Notes: generated from the sequence alone by a model not told the origin. Counted from the first letter of the stretch, positions 49,681 to 63,603 are shown. The stretch: DNA of 64,000 nucleotides from Ginglymostoma cirratum (GCA_024137785.1 JAHRHZ010000063.1:53896514-53960513); one strand, 5' to 3'. Numbers and translations: made by a program.

Positions 49681-51409
49681 TACAAAGATGGGAGGGAGGG
49701 ACCAATGTGGACAGGGAGCCACGATAGTAGAGTTGGGGGTAAAGCTGTGACTAACATGGTTGGGGAAGGGGTGCGGAATGGTGATCAGGGTACAAGGAAG
49801 CCCAGCTTTTGATGGGTTTAGGGAGAAAGGAGCCAGGGGAGCCAAGGTCAAATGTGATTAATGATAAATTAGATAAAAGATTGACAGTAAGGTTTAAAGA
49901 AGCACTCAGAATGTCTGCAAGTGTTCCATTAATTCAGAGACCAAAGCTGAGCTGATGACAGACCTCGAGGGACGTATCCTCGGCTCATGCTGTTGAGGGC
50001 ATAAGGCTTCAACAGGAATGGGCCCATTCCAGCTGACCTGAACATCACCTGTTTTAGTGAAGAATTAAAATTATCCACATTGCCTCCTCAATCACCTCGG
50101 TAATGCAACCACACTACAGCCTGGAAAGCAAGTTCCCACTGCAGCCAACAAGAAAGCTAGGCACCTGGTTTTAAATGCAGTCAATGGCTCTTTGCTTTTA
50201 ACTTCCCAGTCCAGAATGCCCAGGTGAGTTAGTCATTGGAATGCTCAAAGGAAGATTCGAGTATCAAGTTAGATAAAGGGATGCCATGTGGTATGATAGT
50301 CTCCTACATTTATGCTTGCTTTCTAAATCCTTCTCCACATTTTCTCATTGTATTGAGCTTAAGGTTTATTCTATCTCAAACCTTCCCCGGGATCTGAAAT
50401 TTATAGCATTTCTACCAGTCTTATTTGTAAAAGTACCATTTTTGACACAAAAGTCCAAGCTTGGTGTCAGCTAACTCGAGCCTTTGGATTTATTTAATCT
50501 TTTTGTCCGCTGTTTTCAACCTCAACGTTATCTCCATCTACAAGTTTTTGTTCTTCAGATTTAACCATTTTTTTAAAGAAGAGCTTCTTTCACCTGAGAT
50601 TTTACTGAGTAAAAAATTCTATTAAATGGATTGCAATGCTAGACTGGGTTTACTTGTTTCAGAGTAAAGGACATCCATTTGAAAGGGGCTTTGATAATGT
50701 AAATAATTTCAAAACCACCACTGGAAAGAAACTGGTATTTATAAAGGATTCTGAACAAATTTCAGTCCACTGCAGTAACAGCACCATCAGTTTATTAATT
50801 CATCAGTGCTTCAGCTAATTGCTACAGTGAAGCTTTACGGTCCCACATACAGAAAAGATAAATGGCAGTCTAGGATTTGAGAGAAATGTAAATTTGCAAG
50901 CCCTTAACTTGAACTCTGTACTAACCTCTGACTGAACTGCCTCAAGGGCTCCTATTCAGAAGTGTTAACCTGAACTAAATTAATAAAAAAAACGAAATGT
51001 TTTCACATATCACCTCTCTTCCGGAACGAAATACATATTTTCACAGTTTAATAATGCGCAGGTGAATTTGATTTGAATGCCCAGTGGGCAATTTCAGATT
51101 GAAAGACCAAATGTAAGTCCCATAAATGACTGACGAATGTTGATATATGTGTGTGGTAGAGGCAAATTAAACCCAGGGGTAAGAACCATTGCACCTGTTG
51201 AATTATTCACCTTTTCTTTATTCAATTCAATTTTGATTTTTTTTGATAGAATATTGTTTGTCTGTTCAGTGTTAGCTGGCTCATCTGAGTGGATATATGA
51301 CTCTTCTTTCGCAAGGGTTTATCTGTGTTATATGCTTCTTTCCTTAAAGAAGCTTCTGTGAGCGTCTAATCTGTGTAAAACTCTCCGAGAGACGCAATAT
51401 TATAGGACC

Positions 51410-51870
51410 ATGAAATAACAGAAACTTAAAGCACAGAACGAGGCCATTCAACTCAGCAAATCTGAACTACCTCTTTGAGAGAACCGTGTTTAGCCTTGGC
51501 ACATCCCTACCTTGTTTATTTTGTACGTCTCCACACAACTCATTTTTGAACATTTTCATGCATCATGCTTCCATCACTTTTCACGTCCGATCCCAACAAC
51601 TGTCTGAGTTAAAATAATTTCTTCCCCTCTTGGCTTGATAGTTTGCCAGTGTTTTCATTCTCCCATCTTTAGCAATTGGAGAGTGGGAATAGTTCATCTC
51701 CACTTATTCAATCAAAACCTTTTGATGTGAAATCTCTATTTAGGTTATATCTCGGACCCCTCTGTTGCAAAAAGATCAACCCTGGACTTTCAACCTCTTG
51801 GCATAACTGAAACCCACCGTCCCCGTAACATCCTAGTAAAAGTCCTCTACGCTCTTTCTGAGGACTTCAA
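51410..51870 (-). mobile_element. Old CR1 LINE 3' fragment
   Basis: Minus strand gtagaggacttttactaggatgttacgggg...ttatgccaagagg, and tail gaatggcctcgttctgtgct. Confidence 0.6.
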
Positions 51871-53979
51871 TCTTTGCTGAACTCTGGCACCTACTTCTCA
51901 GGTTATTCTCCCAGCTTTCACATTATAGTCCACATTTTTCGCAACTCTATAAGAATCAACCTATTGTGGAGAATTTCTTCAATAGTATTGCAGGAGCGTT
52001 GTCAGTGCTTTTCACAGTATCCAGTGCCTCCAGCCAATTATTGGTATTACAGGGAATGGATTGAAGACTGACATCCATGATGGGCACTTATGAAGGAGAT
52101 TGAGTTGAATCATTTACTCTGCATTTCTGACTGAAGATTGATGCAAGTGCTTTAGCCGTACCTTTGGTCTGATATGCTGGGCTCCAGTATCGTTGAGGAC
52201 AGTGATATTTGTGGAGTTTCTTCTTCCAGTGAGTTGTTTAATTGTCCATCGCAATGACTGAGATGGGTCAAGAAGATCGTTGGCTAGATGATATAATGGT
52301 CTAAGCATTAGATGTAACGTTCAGAGCTAATGTGATCTCCAGCTTCAGGCAGATTGTAAGAGTGAATTGCACTGTTCACCAAAGTGGAGAGATCACAATG
52401 AAATGAGAAAGATCAAGAGCAGAAGAGGAAGTTGGACGGATTGCTTTGTACTGGCTGAAAGAAGGAAGTGGTTGGCAAAAGAAGAAAAACCACATTTCTA
52501 GAAAGTGGATTTAACAATAGGTGTGTTGTGGTGGTTTCGTTTCAGGCCAAGAGTATTGGTTGAAGTGAACTACAAATGCATATTGGCATGGCAATCAACA
52601 GTAGAGGACATGCATCCTAAGGCATGTTGTCTACACATGTATTCTGCAGCATGCTTCACTAGCTGGTGGTAATGATTCCTGCCTGATGTCTCTTCCCTCC
52701 TCAGTCGAGGAATAATGGGCCAGGGTTTTGCAGAGTTCATCTGACTCGGGAGGCCTTAAATTAAAAGAAACGGTGCGTGGATCACAAATGCAGAAGCCCT
52801 GCCATCATTTTTGACAAATAATGTTTTGGCTGCCAAGGCATGAACCACCTAAGGTGTAATCCAAAACTTAGCAGGGTCATTTGAAATAAGTTCTGAGTTC
52901 AAACAGCCCCCATTCTGACAATTTCAAGGGCCCTAATGCACTGTGTGGAAGTCACAAATTGAAGGAGGAGATATAAATGCTCTTGAAGGTCAGAAAAAGT
53001 CAGAATCAGTTCATTTGGCTTGATGGCTGGCACGTGGTTCAGAATAGTGCCAATGGCATGGGTTGGAGTCGTATTCTAGCTGAGGTAGACTTACATTTGT
53101 CTCCTTGCCCTGCCCCTGAATAACAAAGGCAGTGGCCAATCACCACTGACAAGATCAGCAGACAATGAGCCAAGGACCTGCTGTTGGGCATAGGGCGCAT
53201 GAAAGAATGAACCGCTTATCGCGTTTATCATTCATTTTATCATCCTTCTACGCTTGGTGCTTCTATATTTTGTATGTTAAGGAGAAGTCCATGTCCCCAC
53301 TTCTTGTAAGCATTCTAAAACCGAGATTCTTTCTGCCGAATCAAGTCACTTTTGTAATAGGTAATTCAATTAGTATAAGGGAATTAATTCTGAGTTAAGC
53401 AAGTATCATCTAACCTACAGAAATTCTAAATCATTCAGATGACTTGCGCCTAGATCTGTGATCTTTGAAATCTGTGTGGCCAAAGTCATGCCATGAGGCT
53501 AGTTGAAACTTTTAAGAAATGCAGAATACCTCTTGCTGCCTGTATTTATAGCACAATTAAGGTTGGTTTGTGTTACATTTATTTCATACTTAGTAATAAC
53601 ACATTATTGAAACAAATATTCCCTCCCTCCAATGAGCGGTGCCTTGAAGGGTTAGTTAACAACTAGATTTTATCTGTGGAGGATCTTATTAAGTTAACGT
53701 CTTCATGACTGTAGCTAGTGCCATCAGTCTTGAATTGTCCATATTTGAAGCAATGCAGTGCTATTGTATTCAAGCACTATAATATTCAGGCGTTTATTGC
53801 TAGGTCATGTGTGCTTGAGAACCCTACTGTGCTAGTTTTTATTTGTCGTGCATGTTCTTGCAGGGGTCAGATATGTTGAGCTGTAGTTTGGATTTCGTTT
53901 AAGTAGGAAGCATGTGGGCATGATTAATTTTGGGCCAAACATAGCATGAGTTGAGGTAGTTGCCTGTGGATCTGGATTT

Positions 53980-54205
53980 CATAGATTCATTGAATCCCTA
54001 CAGTGTGGAGGCAGGCCATTCAGCCCATTGAGTCCACACCGACCCTAGATGCAGATACAGTGCAACATTTAAAAGACATTTGGATAGGTAAGGTTTAGAG
54101 TGATATGGGCCAAACGCAGGCAAATGGGACTGTTTTAGTTTGGGAAACTTGGTCGACATGGACAAGTTGGACCGAATGGTCTGTTTCCATTCTGTATGAA
54201 TCTAT
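53980..54205. mobile_element. Juxtaposed HE1/CR1 3' tail (-, 53980-54047) and CR1 3' end (+, 54050-54205)
   Basis: aatccctacagtgtggaggcaggccattcagccc, then acatttaaaagacatttggatagg...ggaccgaatggtctgtttcc. Confidence 0.7.
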
Positions 54206-56209
54206 AAATCCATGACTGTAAAAGACTGCAGTTGTTGGAGTGAGATGAAACAAAAACATACTGCAGGAATGCATTTATTGATAGACAGGTTGCCTGGTTG
54301 TGACTTAGAAGAAAAATGCCATCAGTTCCTAGAGTTTCAGTACCAAGGGCTATTATTATAGTTGAACTCTTTTTGAACGTTTGGTGGAGTAAAGCTCCAA
54401 AACACATCTCTATAAGTGGGGGAAGGCTTGTGGGGAGTGGGGTGGGGGGTGATAGGGGAAGCTGAGTTCACCTCTTGATTGATAGTTTGAAAAGATTTTG
54501 GAAGGATTAGCTTCATTGGTTTGGCTATTGGTTGGATGTTTGCTTGTTTTAGAACTTGAGAGGCTTAATGCCTTAAATAAGGTTGTTTTGTTCTGTATCA
54601 ACTGTGCATCTCTGTTAAATGGTTAGTTTCTTTCCATCTCATGCCCATAGTGGATACCAGGTGAGTGACGATGGAGAAGGCATGGGTCATATTAAGTGGC
54701 AATAGAGGTGGTATAAGTGGTATGAGATGATACGGACATGGCAGGGAGGTTTGAGGTTGTTGGGGGGTACTAGGGGATGGGTTGGGGAGCTGGAATGTGA
54801 AGGCTAAAGGGCCTGACATCCTTTCGTAAAACTGGACCAGGGTTTCAGACAACTGAGGCGGGCCTTCTAACCAGATCCCCTCAGCAGTTACTCACCCACC
54901 TCCGTGGCAGCCTCTCAATGTGACAGGCTCAACCTGATCATGTCCCAGTCCCCAGCAAGCAAAAACTGTCCATGCAGGGGCTTTCTCCACGGACCTGAAT
55001 CTGGAGGGAGCCAGGAGATGTCTGTTCATGGGTCTCCTGTTTCCATAGGGAAAATCCGCCTATGAGAGCTCACACGAGTTCCTCTACTGCCAACCCACTT
55101 GAGATTAGTGAAGTCAGTCTGGCTACTGAACCTAGAATCATGCTGATCTGTCTGGCTTGGTTCTGTATTGGAAATACATTACTCAACGAGCCACTACGAG
55201 AGCCACCTTTTCCAAAACGATGCAAGCTATATTATTGATGCTCGAGTCCTTGCTGAGAGAACTCACTGCTAAGTAAGAAATAATGATTCATCCACTTATT
55301 GTTAACTTATGAATCCTGACAGTCTATCATGTCACCCTTTTCTAATATTGTAGGCTTTAATGAATATTATAGATCTAATACTTAAACACAGCAGTTGGTG
55401 GTGTTATTATTAATAGGTTTTCCTTGGAGTTCTCAGATTGGCGCTCGATAGACAAGATGTTTGTAATTAACAATCCTCTTCTTGTGTCAGATTCCATTAT
55501 TGATCATGGCTGGGAAAGCGCATGCAGAAACGCAGTGGTCAAGATATTGATCCCAGAGTGCGCCTGTGACTAATAACATTGGAGATACGTTCATGTACAA
55601 TCACTTGCTGCCTACTGGCAAATATCTGAGAGCATATACCAATTGGACTGAGGACCCTTAAGATTTGCAAGCCTAGTCTACATGTTAGCCCTCAGTGGCT
55701 ATCAATTGATATGAAACGTGGCTCTCATTTATTACTCTTTTGTGATTAGATTCTATTCTTGCTCTGCAATTTATGAATTTTCACGCCTGGGGTAGCCTGG
55801 GAGTAATATTGGAGAGTTATGCAAGAACTGCTTGTTTAATCAATGGCACATCACAACTGTTGCCGTGGTGATGACTGGAAGCAATTAACCTTCTGATTTG
55901 GGGAAAAAAAACGGCCATTACTCAAAATCTAACATCAAAACAGAAACGAATGAAGATATAGTCAATGACTGGAATAGGAATACAAATGAACGCTACAGGC
56001 TGGACTTTTCTTTCAAATGGTAATTAACTTTAATAAATTTCTGCCCAGTTAGCTTTGGGTAAGTTGATCACTGTGTTTCACCTTCAGTAAACTCGGAAAT
56101 TTTTGGCATGATTCTTAGGGTCATCAATCCTCCAGAATTGGAGTCTGCTCAAATTAAAGATTGGACACTGACATCAGAAACCTAAGAAGAAAGTTTTAGT
56201 GAACCAAAA

Positions 56210-56500
56210 CCAAACAGATTTTTCCTTAACATTGAAACCTTCTTGATTAGTGATCACAGTATTAGAGATGGATAAAATGCTATTTGATTGGGCAGAGCTG
56301 TTGAAGATAGGAGATCCTGCTGGAATACGCCCAGTTGGAAAAAGTGATTCAAGACTGACACTGATAGATTTCTGAATATTAATGAGATCACGGGGCTAAT
56401 GTGGGAAAATAGCGATGAGACAGTTAAGATTTAATTGAATGATGGAGCAAGCTCGGTGAGCCAGAATGACCTCTTTTTTGTCCTATTTTCTATGTTCCTA
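56210..56500 (+). mobile_element. Old CR1 3' end
   Basis: Similar to 3940-4118 (gatagatttctg...ttgaatgatggagcaagctcg...cctattttctatgttccta). Confidence 0.55.
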
Positions 56501-57790
56501 TTGGTTCTTTTCTCCTTGGTCTGAGCGAACTGCCATGTTGAGTCATTCTTACAGCTCCTATATGGTGAGTTCAAATTATTGACGAAACATTAGTGGAATG
56601 GGGTTATATTGTGACTAGAGAGGCATTAACACCACCCCACCCCCATACCTTCCACCAATATTGAACCATCATGTTGTATTTTGTGGCATTTTTCCCCTCA
56701 TTTTTACACTCACCAAGAGAATTGATTTCAGTGTTATGGAAAGTTTAGCTTACCTAGGTAGCGAGATTAGCATTAAATGCAAATGGGGTCTTGTGCAGAT
56801 GGAAAGCGAATCATTCACTACATTCTCAGAAGAGCACCCTTACTGTCTCATTCGTTACATCATCCATCTTCATAACCTGACGGAGCTTGATTGCCAATTA
56901 GGGCCTAAATTATGGTAGTTCTATGCCATAGAGCCATACACCATAGAGACCAAGTTAATGCTGATTCAGGCTCATTTCAAGTTCAATCCTGTCAGGTAAG
57001 GGAGAGTTGGTTTTCACTCCATAAATTTGGATTGGAATCAAATCAGAACAAAGTGGTTAAAGCAAAATTCCTAACATCATTAGAACTGCAGCCCCTACAA
57101 ATTGCAATTTCAGCTGCATTTCGAAACTGTAACTATTGTAACTGTAACCCACTATTAACACCCTGGAGGTTACCATTGACCAGAAGCCAAATTTGATGAG
57201 ACAGGTAAGTACGGTGGCTATTGTGAGTGGCAGAGCTAGCCCTGCTGGTTGGAGTCATACCTGGCACCAAGGAAAACGATTGTGCTTCATGGAGGTCAGT
57301 CATCACAGCCACAAGACTTTACTGCAAGAATTCCTCAGGCTATCTTTGTCTTAGGCCCAACCATCTTCAGCAGCTTCGTCAGTGACCTTTCCACCATCAT
57401 AAGGCGAAGTAACATTCATACCAGACGGGGGTAGGCATTGACTACCTTCAGCAAGTGATGATCCAACCAGCACCCCTTGACATACAGTAACATTACCATC
57501 ACTGAATCCCCACTATTAACACCCTGGAGGTTACCATTGACCAGAAGCCAAGTTTGATGAGACAAATAAGTACGGTGGCTACAAGAGCAGGTCAAAGGCT
57601 GGGTGTGCGGTAATGGGTAACTCACCTCCTGATTGCCCAGTGCTTCTTCACCATCTGCAAGGGACCTGTCTGAAGGAATACGCTCCACTTGCCTGGAGGA
57701 GAGCAGTTCCAACAACACTCAAGAAGTTCTACACTATCCAAGATAATTCAGCCATTTGACAAGAATACCATCTAAACACTTTCAACATTC

Positions 57791-59780
57791 TACAAATATG
57801 TTAAGAGCAAGACAGTAACTAGAGAGAGGGTAGGGCCTCTTAAGGATCAAGGAATTTGTCTTTGTGTTGAACCCCAGGTGATGGGAGAGATACTAAATGA
57901 ATATTTCGCGTCAGCTTTTACTTTGGAGAAAGAAGTGGAGTCTAGAGAGTATTGAGAAATAAACTTTGATGTTTTAAAAACATTACAGAAGAGGATGTTC
58001 GGGAGACCTTAGTGAATATAAAGGCGGATAAATCTCCGGGACCTGATCAAATCTATCCCAGAGCATTGTGGGAAGTAAGGGAGAAAATTACAAGACACTT
58101 TGCAGAAATATTTGCATTATTTCTAACTAGTGGTCAGGTGCCTGATGACCTGGGAGGTGGCTAATGTTGTGCCTTTGTTGAAGAAAGATTGTCAAGAGAA
58201 ACCGGGGAACTATAGACTTGTGAGCCTGACTTCAGTTGTGGATAAATTGTTGGAGATGATTATAAAAGGTAGGATTTATGGATGTTTAGAGAGGCAAAAA
58301 TTGATTAAGGATAGTCAGCATGGTTTTGTGTGAGGAAAATCGTGTCTCACAAACTTGATGGAGTTTTTTGAGGAAGTTACCACAAAGTTTGATGACGGCA
58401 GAGCAGTAGATGTTTTTTAATTGGATTTTAGTAAAACCTTTGGCAAGGTTCTGCATGGTAGACTAATTAATAAAGTTAGGTCACATGGGATTCAGGGTGA
58501 GCTTGCCAACTGGATACATAATTTTCTTAATGGCAGGAGACAGAGTAATGGAGGACGGCTGCTTTTTGGACTGGAGGCCTGTGACCAGTGGAGTTCCACA
58601 GGGATTGGTTCTGGGCCCTGTTTTGTTTGTCATTTATATAAATGATTTGGATGAGAATATAGAAGGCACGGTTAGTAAGTTTGCAGATGACACCAAAATC
58701 AGTGGCATGTGAGAAAGACTTTCTAAGGTTATAAAGGGATCTTGATCAAATGGGTCGACGGGCTGAAAAACAGCAGATGGAGTTCAATCTGGATAAATGT
58801 GAGGTATTGCATTTTGGTACAACAATCAAGGGTGGGGGTTATGCAATTAATGGTGGGGCCTTGGGCAGTTTTGTAGAATAGAGGGACCTAGGGGTGCGAG
58901 TACATAATTCTTTGAAGTTTGCGTCACATATAGATAGGACGGTTAAAAAGGTGTTGGACACGCTTGCATTCGTTGTTCAGTCTTTTGAGTATAGGAGTTG
59001 GGAAGTCTTGTTGAGATTGTACAGGACATTGGTGAGGTCTCTTCTGGAATGCTGTCTCTCGTCGCTCAGTTATAGGAAGGATAGTGATAAAGCTGGAGAG
59101 GGTTCAGAAGAGATTTACCAGGATGTTGCTCGGTATGGAAGGTTTAAGTTAGAAAGAAAGGCTGGAAAGGCTGGGACTTTCTTCACTGGAGCATAGAAGG
59201 TTGAGGGGTGACCTAACGGAAGTTTATAAAATAATCAGAGATACAGATAAGAGTTAATGGTAGTTGTCTTTTCCCTATAACCGGGGATTTGAAGATGAGG
59301 GAGCACATTTTTAAGGTGAGAGGAGTGAGATTTAAAAAAGACATAAGAGGCACATATTTTACACAGAGGGTGGTACACGTGTGGAATGAACTTCCTGAGG
59401 AAGTGGTCAATGTGGTTACAATTGCAGCGCTTAAAAGACATTTGGATAGAAACATGAATACAGGTATAATGTGTGTTTCGTTCTCGTGAATTGGCTGTAA
59501 CGCGATTGGTGAATAGTGGACACTGTTTGGATAATGCAAACCTTCTGCTGTACAGGTATAGCAAATCCCTATAATGTGATTTTCTATGGTAATTTTCCAT
59601 AATGCAAGGTCACACAAGAACACAACTGTCGCGTTATAGGAGAACTACCTGTAGGAAACATTTGGAGGGATATGGGCCAGGAGCAGGCAGGTGGGACTAG
59701 TTTAGTTTGGGATTATGTGTGGCATGAACTGGTTGAACTCAAGGGTCCACTTCTGTGCTGTATGACTCAATGACACTATC
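57791..59780 (+). mobile_element. CR1 LINE, about 2-kb 5'-truncated copy with RT domain (inactivated)
   Basis: [53 protein letters not shown] and FTQRVVHVWNELPEEV, plus 3' UTR. Multiple frameshifts. Confidence 0.92.
59461..59651. mobile_element. Tc1/mariner (Tigger-like) MITE
   Basis: TA|caggta ... tacctg|TA. Removing it restores the CR1 sequence acatgaataggaa seen at 32542-32554. Confidence 0.75.
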
Positions 59781-61545
59781 TACCCCACTACCACTGATGC
59801 ACAATGGCAGCAATGTGTATCATCTACAAGATGCACGATAATAATTCACCAACAGACCTTTGACAATACCTTCAATCCTGCAACCTTTACAATCTTGGAA
59901 GGACAAGGGCAGAAGATACATGGAAAAACCACCATTTGTGAATTCTCTTCCAAGCCACTCACCACCTTGGCTTGGAAATATATCACCATTCCTTCATTGT
60001 TGCTGGATCAAAATCTTGGAACTCACTCGCTGATGATACTGAGAGTCCCTACACCACATGGATTTAGCAGCATAAACAGGCAGCTCACCACTACATTCTC
60101 AAAGGCAATTTGGGGTGGGCAATAAACTGGCTCAGCTAGCAACTCGCACATTTTGTGAATGAATAAAGAACAAAATGCAGTTTATTGCTGGGAGTTTACC
60201 AGTGTTCTCAAAAAATATTGAACTCCAAGCTGAACAAAAGTCAAAATTGGTGAAGTATACTGGTTTACACAGAGTTTGTAATGACTTATTCCTAGTTAAG
60301 TGTTGATGTCAGTTACCAGTGGAATGGTCTTCAAACTGAGTTATTGAGACTTCCACACGACTGTGAAATGACAGCATTCTTCTTGTTAGGGAATGCACAT
60401 ATTCTGCCATGTGGGACACTTGTCTATTTACAGAAACATGGAGATGACAGGATCATAATGTAGGAATTTCCTAATACTGCTGGAGCCTAACAAGCTAAAT
60501 CGATTTCAGCACTGCCTTCACTGACTTTCTGACACTTGCAGTGACAGCTTTACCTTTCCAAATCGTCCTGCTTTGGGAGATTAGTTTTAAAGTTGGCTGG
60601 AGTTCAGCAAACCAGTGTGGTTTACTATTGAACTTGCAGCACAAGGTCAGTTCGGTTCCAGAGTTCCAGTCTAATATATTCCCCATTGTATCCACCCAAC
60701 AAGGAGGATTGTCATGAGTTAATCAGTGAACAACTATTACATGTTGATCTGAACTATGGTTAGATGGACAATATATAACTGGAACAATTTTGAATTGTAT
60801 GCCTGAATTGTCACCCACTGTAAGAACAGATACCTTACTTTATTCAATAACAGTCCAACCAGTTGGAGATGCAGAGTTTCAGTTGTCGCGACTTTTCTCT
60901 CTGCAACCTATCAGTATTGGCATCAAGACCTTGATACTGAACATACAGATTTTAGTGAATGTATCCTAGCCATTATAAGCAATTCCATATCAACTGTCTG
61001 ATAGAATCAGCTTTCACTGTGGTGAAAACACTTGCACAAGACAGCTTGTGATGTCATCTACCTGTTTTGATATGCTAGACACCCAAACCCAATATTTGTA
61101 TCAGGTTTACTTTGTACCTGTTGCTTACTCCGTGTGAGGTTCTTGGACAAAAGACATAGCCATTGTAGGTTCATTCTTCATTGCATCTTGCAAACACATT
61201 CAGAAAATTGTTCAGCCTAGCTGGAAATGTTTCTGAAATGAAATGAGTGAAAGCAACCTTTCTCATCCTACTCTTAAACAGAGGGTAGTGTTACTAATTT
61301 TTGCCGTCATTGCTAACTTTATTGACTGACCTCTTTGGAAAGCATAACGTGTTCTGCTTCCTGTCCTTTGGATTCTCCTGCCTGCCAAACCCCTAATCAT
61401 AACCTTTTAATTTCACTTGGCACAATAGCGCAATGTAAATTACTGGACATAGCGACTCGAATTTACAATGGGCGTTATAACTAAAATAGTAATTACCATG
61501 TGCTTGAGTTTAATGGTTATTTTTAATGTTATTTGTTCTGCATGC

Positions 61546-61561
61546 TGCTGCCATCTGGTGG
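61546..61561 (-). promoter_or_regulatory. Candidate CTCF binding site
   Basis: Minus strand CCACCAGATGGCAGCA closely fits the CTCF core consensus and lies in apparently non-repetitive DNA. Motif match only. Confidence 0.4.
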
Positions 61562-61839
61562 GAAATTCAATACTATCGTTTAGATGACTGACCTTCAACT
61601 AAGCTTCATCAAAAGAAGTCAATAAATTGTCATAGGAAAGGGTTCCATATGAATAATGATATGGAAATCCACCACTTTGATGGGTGACATATGCTTCCCA
61701 GTCACTGATTAATTCTTTAGTGAAATGTTGCCTTGTAGCTATTGCATTTACACTAATCTAAAAATTCTCAGGTCATGCTTGAAAAATTTGCCAATTTGCA
61801 CGTAGCAGAATGTTTTGGGTTTTGGTAGTTGAGTGTAAA

Positions 61840-62055
61840 TAGTGGCCAGACCATCAGGAGAACTCTCCTCTTTGTCACATAATACCATGGGACTTCTTTA
61901 ATATTCACCCAAGGGGGTAGATACGTCTTCAGTTTAGCATTCTATCCAACCACCTGGCAGAAGGCACTGTAACAATCCCTCAGTGTTGCATGTGTTCTAG
62001 ACTCAAGTGTGGGACTTAAAGCTACAATCGTCTAATGCAGAGGCAAATATGCCGT
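61840..62055 (-). mobile_element. Old Deu-domain SINE remnant
   Basis: ccatgggacttctttaatattcaccc...cttcagtttagcattctatcc...atccctcagtgttgca...gtgggactta resembles the reverse complement of the Deu domain and tRNA head. Confidence 0.55.
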
Positions 62056-62168
62056 GCATTTAAATTTGTAATTTTGGGTTAGTTATTCAATAACTAAATA
62101 ATCTAACATAGTTATTCCGTTAACAGGTAAACCAATTGTTTCTGAATTAGAGTGCAAAGATTTTCAGG

Positions 62169-62225
62169 GATAACAAGCGTGGGGCTGGATGAACAATGCA
62201 GGTCAAGCAGCATCATAGGAGCAGG
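62169..62225 (-). mobile_element. Very short Penelope family A pLTR fragment
   Basis: gataacaagcgtggggctggatgaaca...gcagcatcataggagcagg, flanked by gattttcag and gatcttcag. Confidence 0.75.
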
Positions 62226-63128
62226 ATCTTCAGTTTGCTCAGCTGTGAGAAGCTAACCTGAAACAATACAAATTTCAAACATCACCTTCCTGTGAGGATG
62301 GTGTCCTCAGTTCGTGTCAATCACTGAAGTGGGGGAATTGGAGAGAAATATTGCTGATTTCCTCCCCCCTACAAATATCTTATGATGAAGACAGTCTGAG
62401 AAAGAGGATGAAGATAGTGATGACTACAAACAAGTTGTACTGATCTCAAGGAGTTTTCATTATTCTGATGATTGTTTTAATCCGAGTCCTTGAATTATAC
62501 AATACCTAAGAATGCTTGTACTTCTTAAATACATGGGGCTGATTAGTTATAATATTATCTTGATTCTCTAAGCATTGTAGATCAACACAAGGTTTAGGTA
62601 AAGATATCTGTCTGCTTTAGATTTGGCAATGACACCATACAGATAAAACACTTAAAGCAAGCTATTTTTATAAGTATTAGCAGGACTTATCAATGTAGTC
62701 TCCAGTGAGGAGCCAATGCTGTTGAGTAAATCAATGAAACGGGTAGCCTAAACGAAGCACGATTTAGATAGAGATCATGTGAGTGATTAATACACACATG
62801 TTAGAGCTAGCATATCCACACGACATCATGCGTCTTCATGTGTAATGTATTCCAGAAGGATGTGACATCTTATGAGCCATGTAGAAATGCCTACAGCTGG
62901 TTGAAATAAGTATGACTGGTCAGTCAGATGGCATCTCTCATGTCAATTCTCTCCCCCATCTTACCCCACGCTACTCCTGGAACAACTTTCCGCTCAGTGA
63001 ATCGCTGCTGAAATACCAGCATCCCTTGCGTCCATGCCATCTTTAAAATGCTGAGGTGCACCCAGTCGTGCCCTGGCATTCTGAAACTGCCCAGTTAGTC
63101 ACAGACAGAATTGCAACGTGACACGTCG

Positions 63129-63280
63129 TGATTCTCTGACAGGGATCTGGAGATTCTGGTCGAGGGTTTGGTCCAAAGGAGAGGAGTTCTGTTTCTGGAC
63201 GACTGGCAGAGGGTGAGGGTTAGGGTTTGGAGGAGTGGCCAACAATGCTACAATGTCCTTAACATTCTCTGTTCTGCATG
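63129..63280 (+). pseudogene. Myb/SANT-like exon remnant of a PIF/Harbinger transposon
   Basis: (R>stop)FSDRDLEILVEGLVQRRGVLF...WQRVRVRVWRSGQQCYNVLNILCSA followed by a gtatgt donor. Typical Harbinger DNA-binding protein signature. Confidence 0.65.
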
Positions 63281-63603
63281 GTATGTGATATTTCACACTG
63301 TCTCTATCTTCACTGCTGCATATACCTTGCACCAAGAGTCAGGCCCCACTCCTCTCATTGTTGCCTGAGACCTCTTCCATCAGCCACTCTTCCCCACTCA
63401 ACCTCCCATACCTGTAGCTCTGAGTGCTCCCGGAGCCACCTCCCCCGTCCTTCACTTCACATCACCACCTTGTCTCATATGCAGCAGTGCTAACCAACAC
63501 GCCACCCACCGTCATCTTACTCCCTCCATCACCACTGCACCCGTCTTCCTCACTGCACACCAGGGTTGAGAGAGAGAGCCTGTACGGTTGTGGGTTTGGA
63601 GAC

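Larger units (their letters stand above)
57148..60170 (+). mobile_element. CR1-group LINE family B, split by a younger CR1 (pieces 57148-57790 and 59781-60170)
   Basis: WLESYLAPRKTIVLHGGQSS...IPQ...LGPTIFSSFVSDL RT remnant. Sequence resumes after the CR1 and ends gggcaataaa...gtgaatgaataaa. Confidence 0.75.

Noticed and set aside
49960-50170. Minus-strand CITEVIEEA as a HARBI1-like transposase remnant
   Set aside because: Only a few residues match and the catalytic motifs are not recognisable.
62368-62440. YKY plus acidic stretch resembling a later B4GALNT4 exon
   Set aside because: The pieces are in different frames with stops, and the exons that should precede it are not found.
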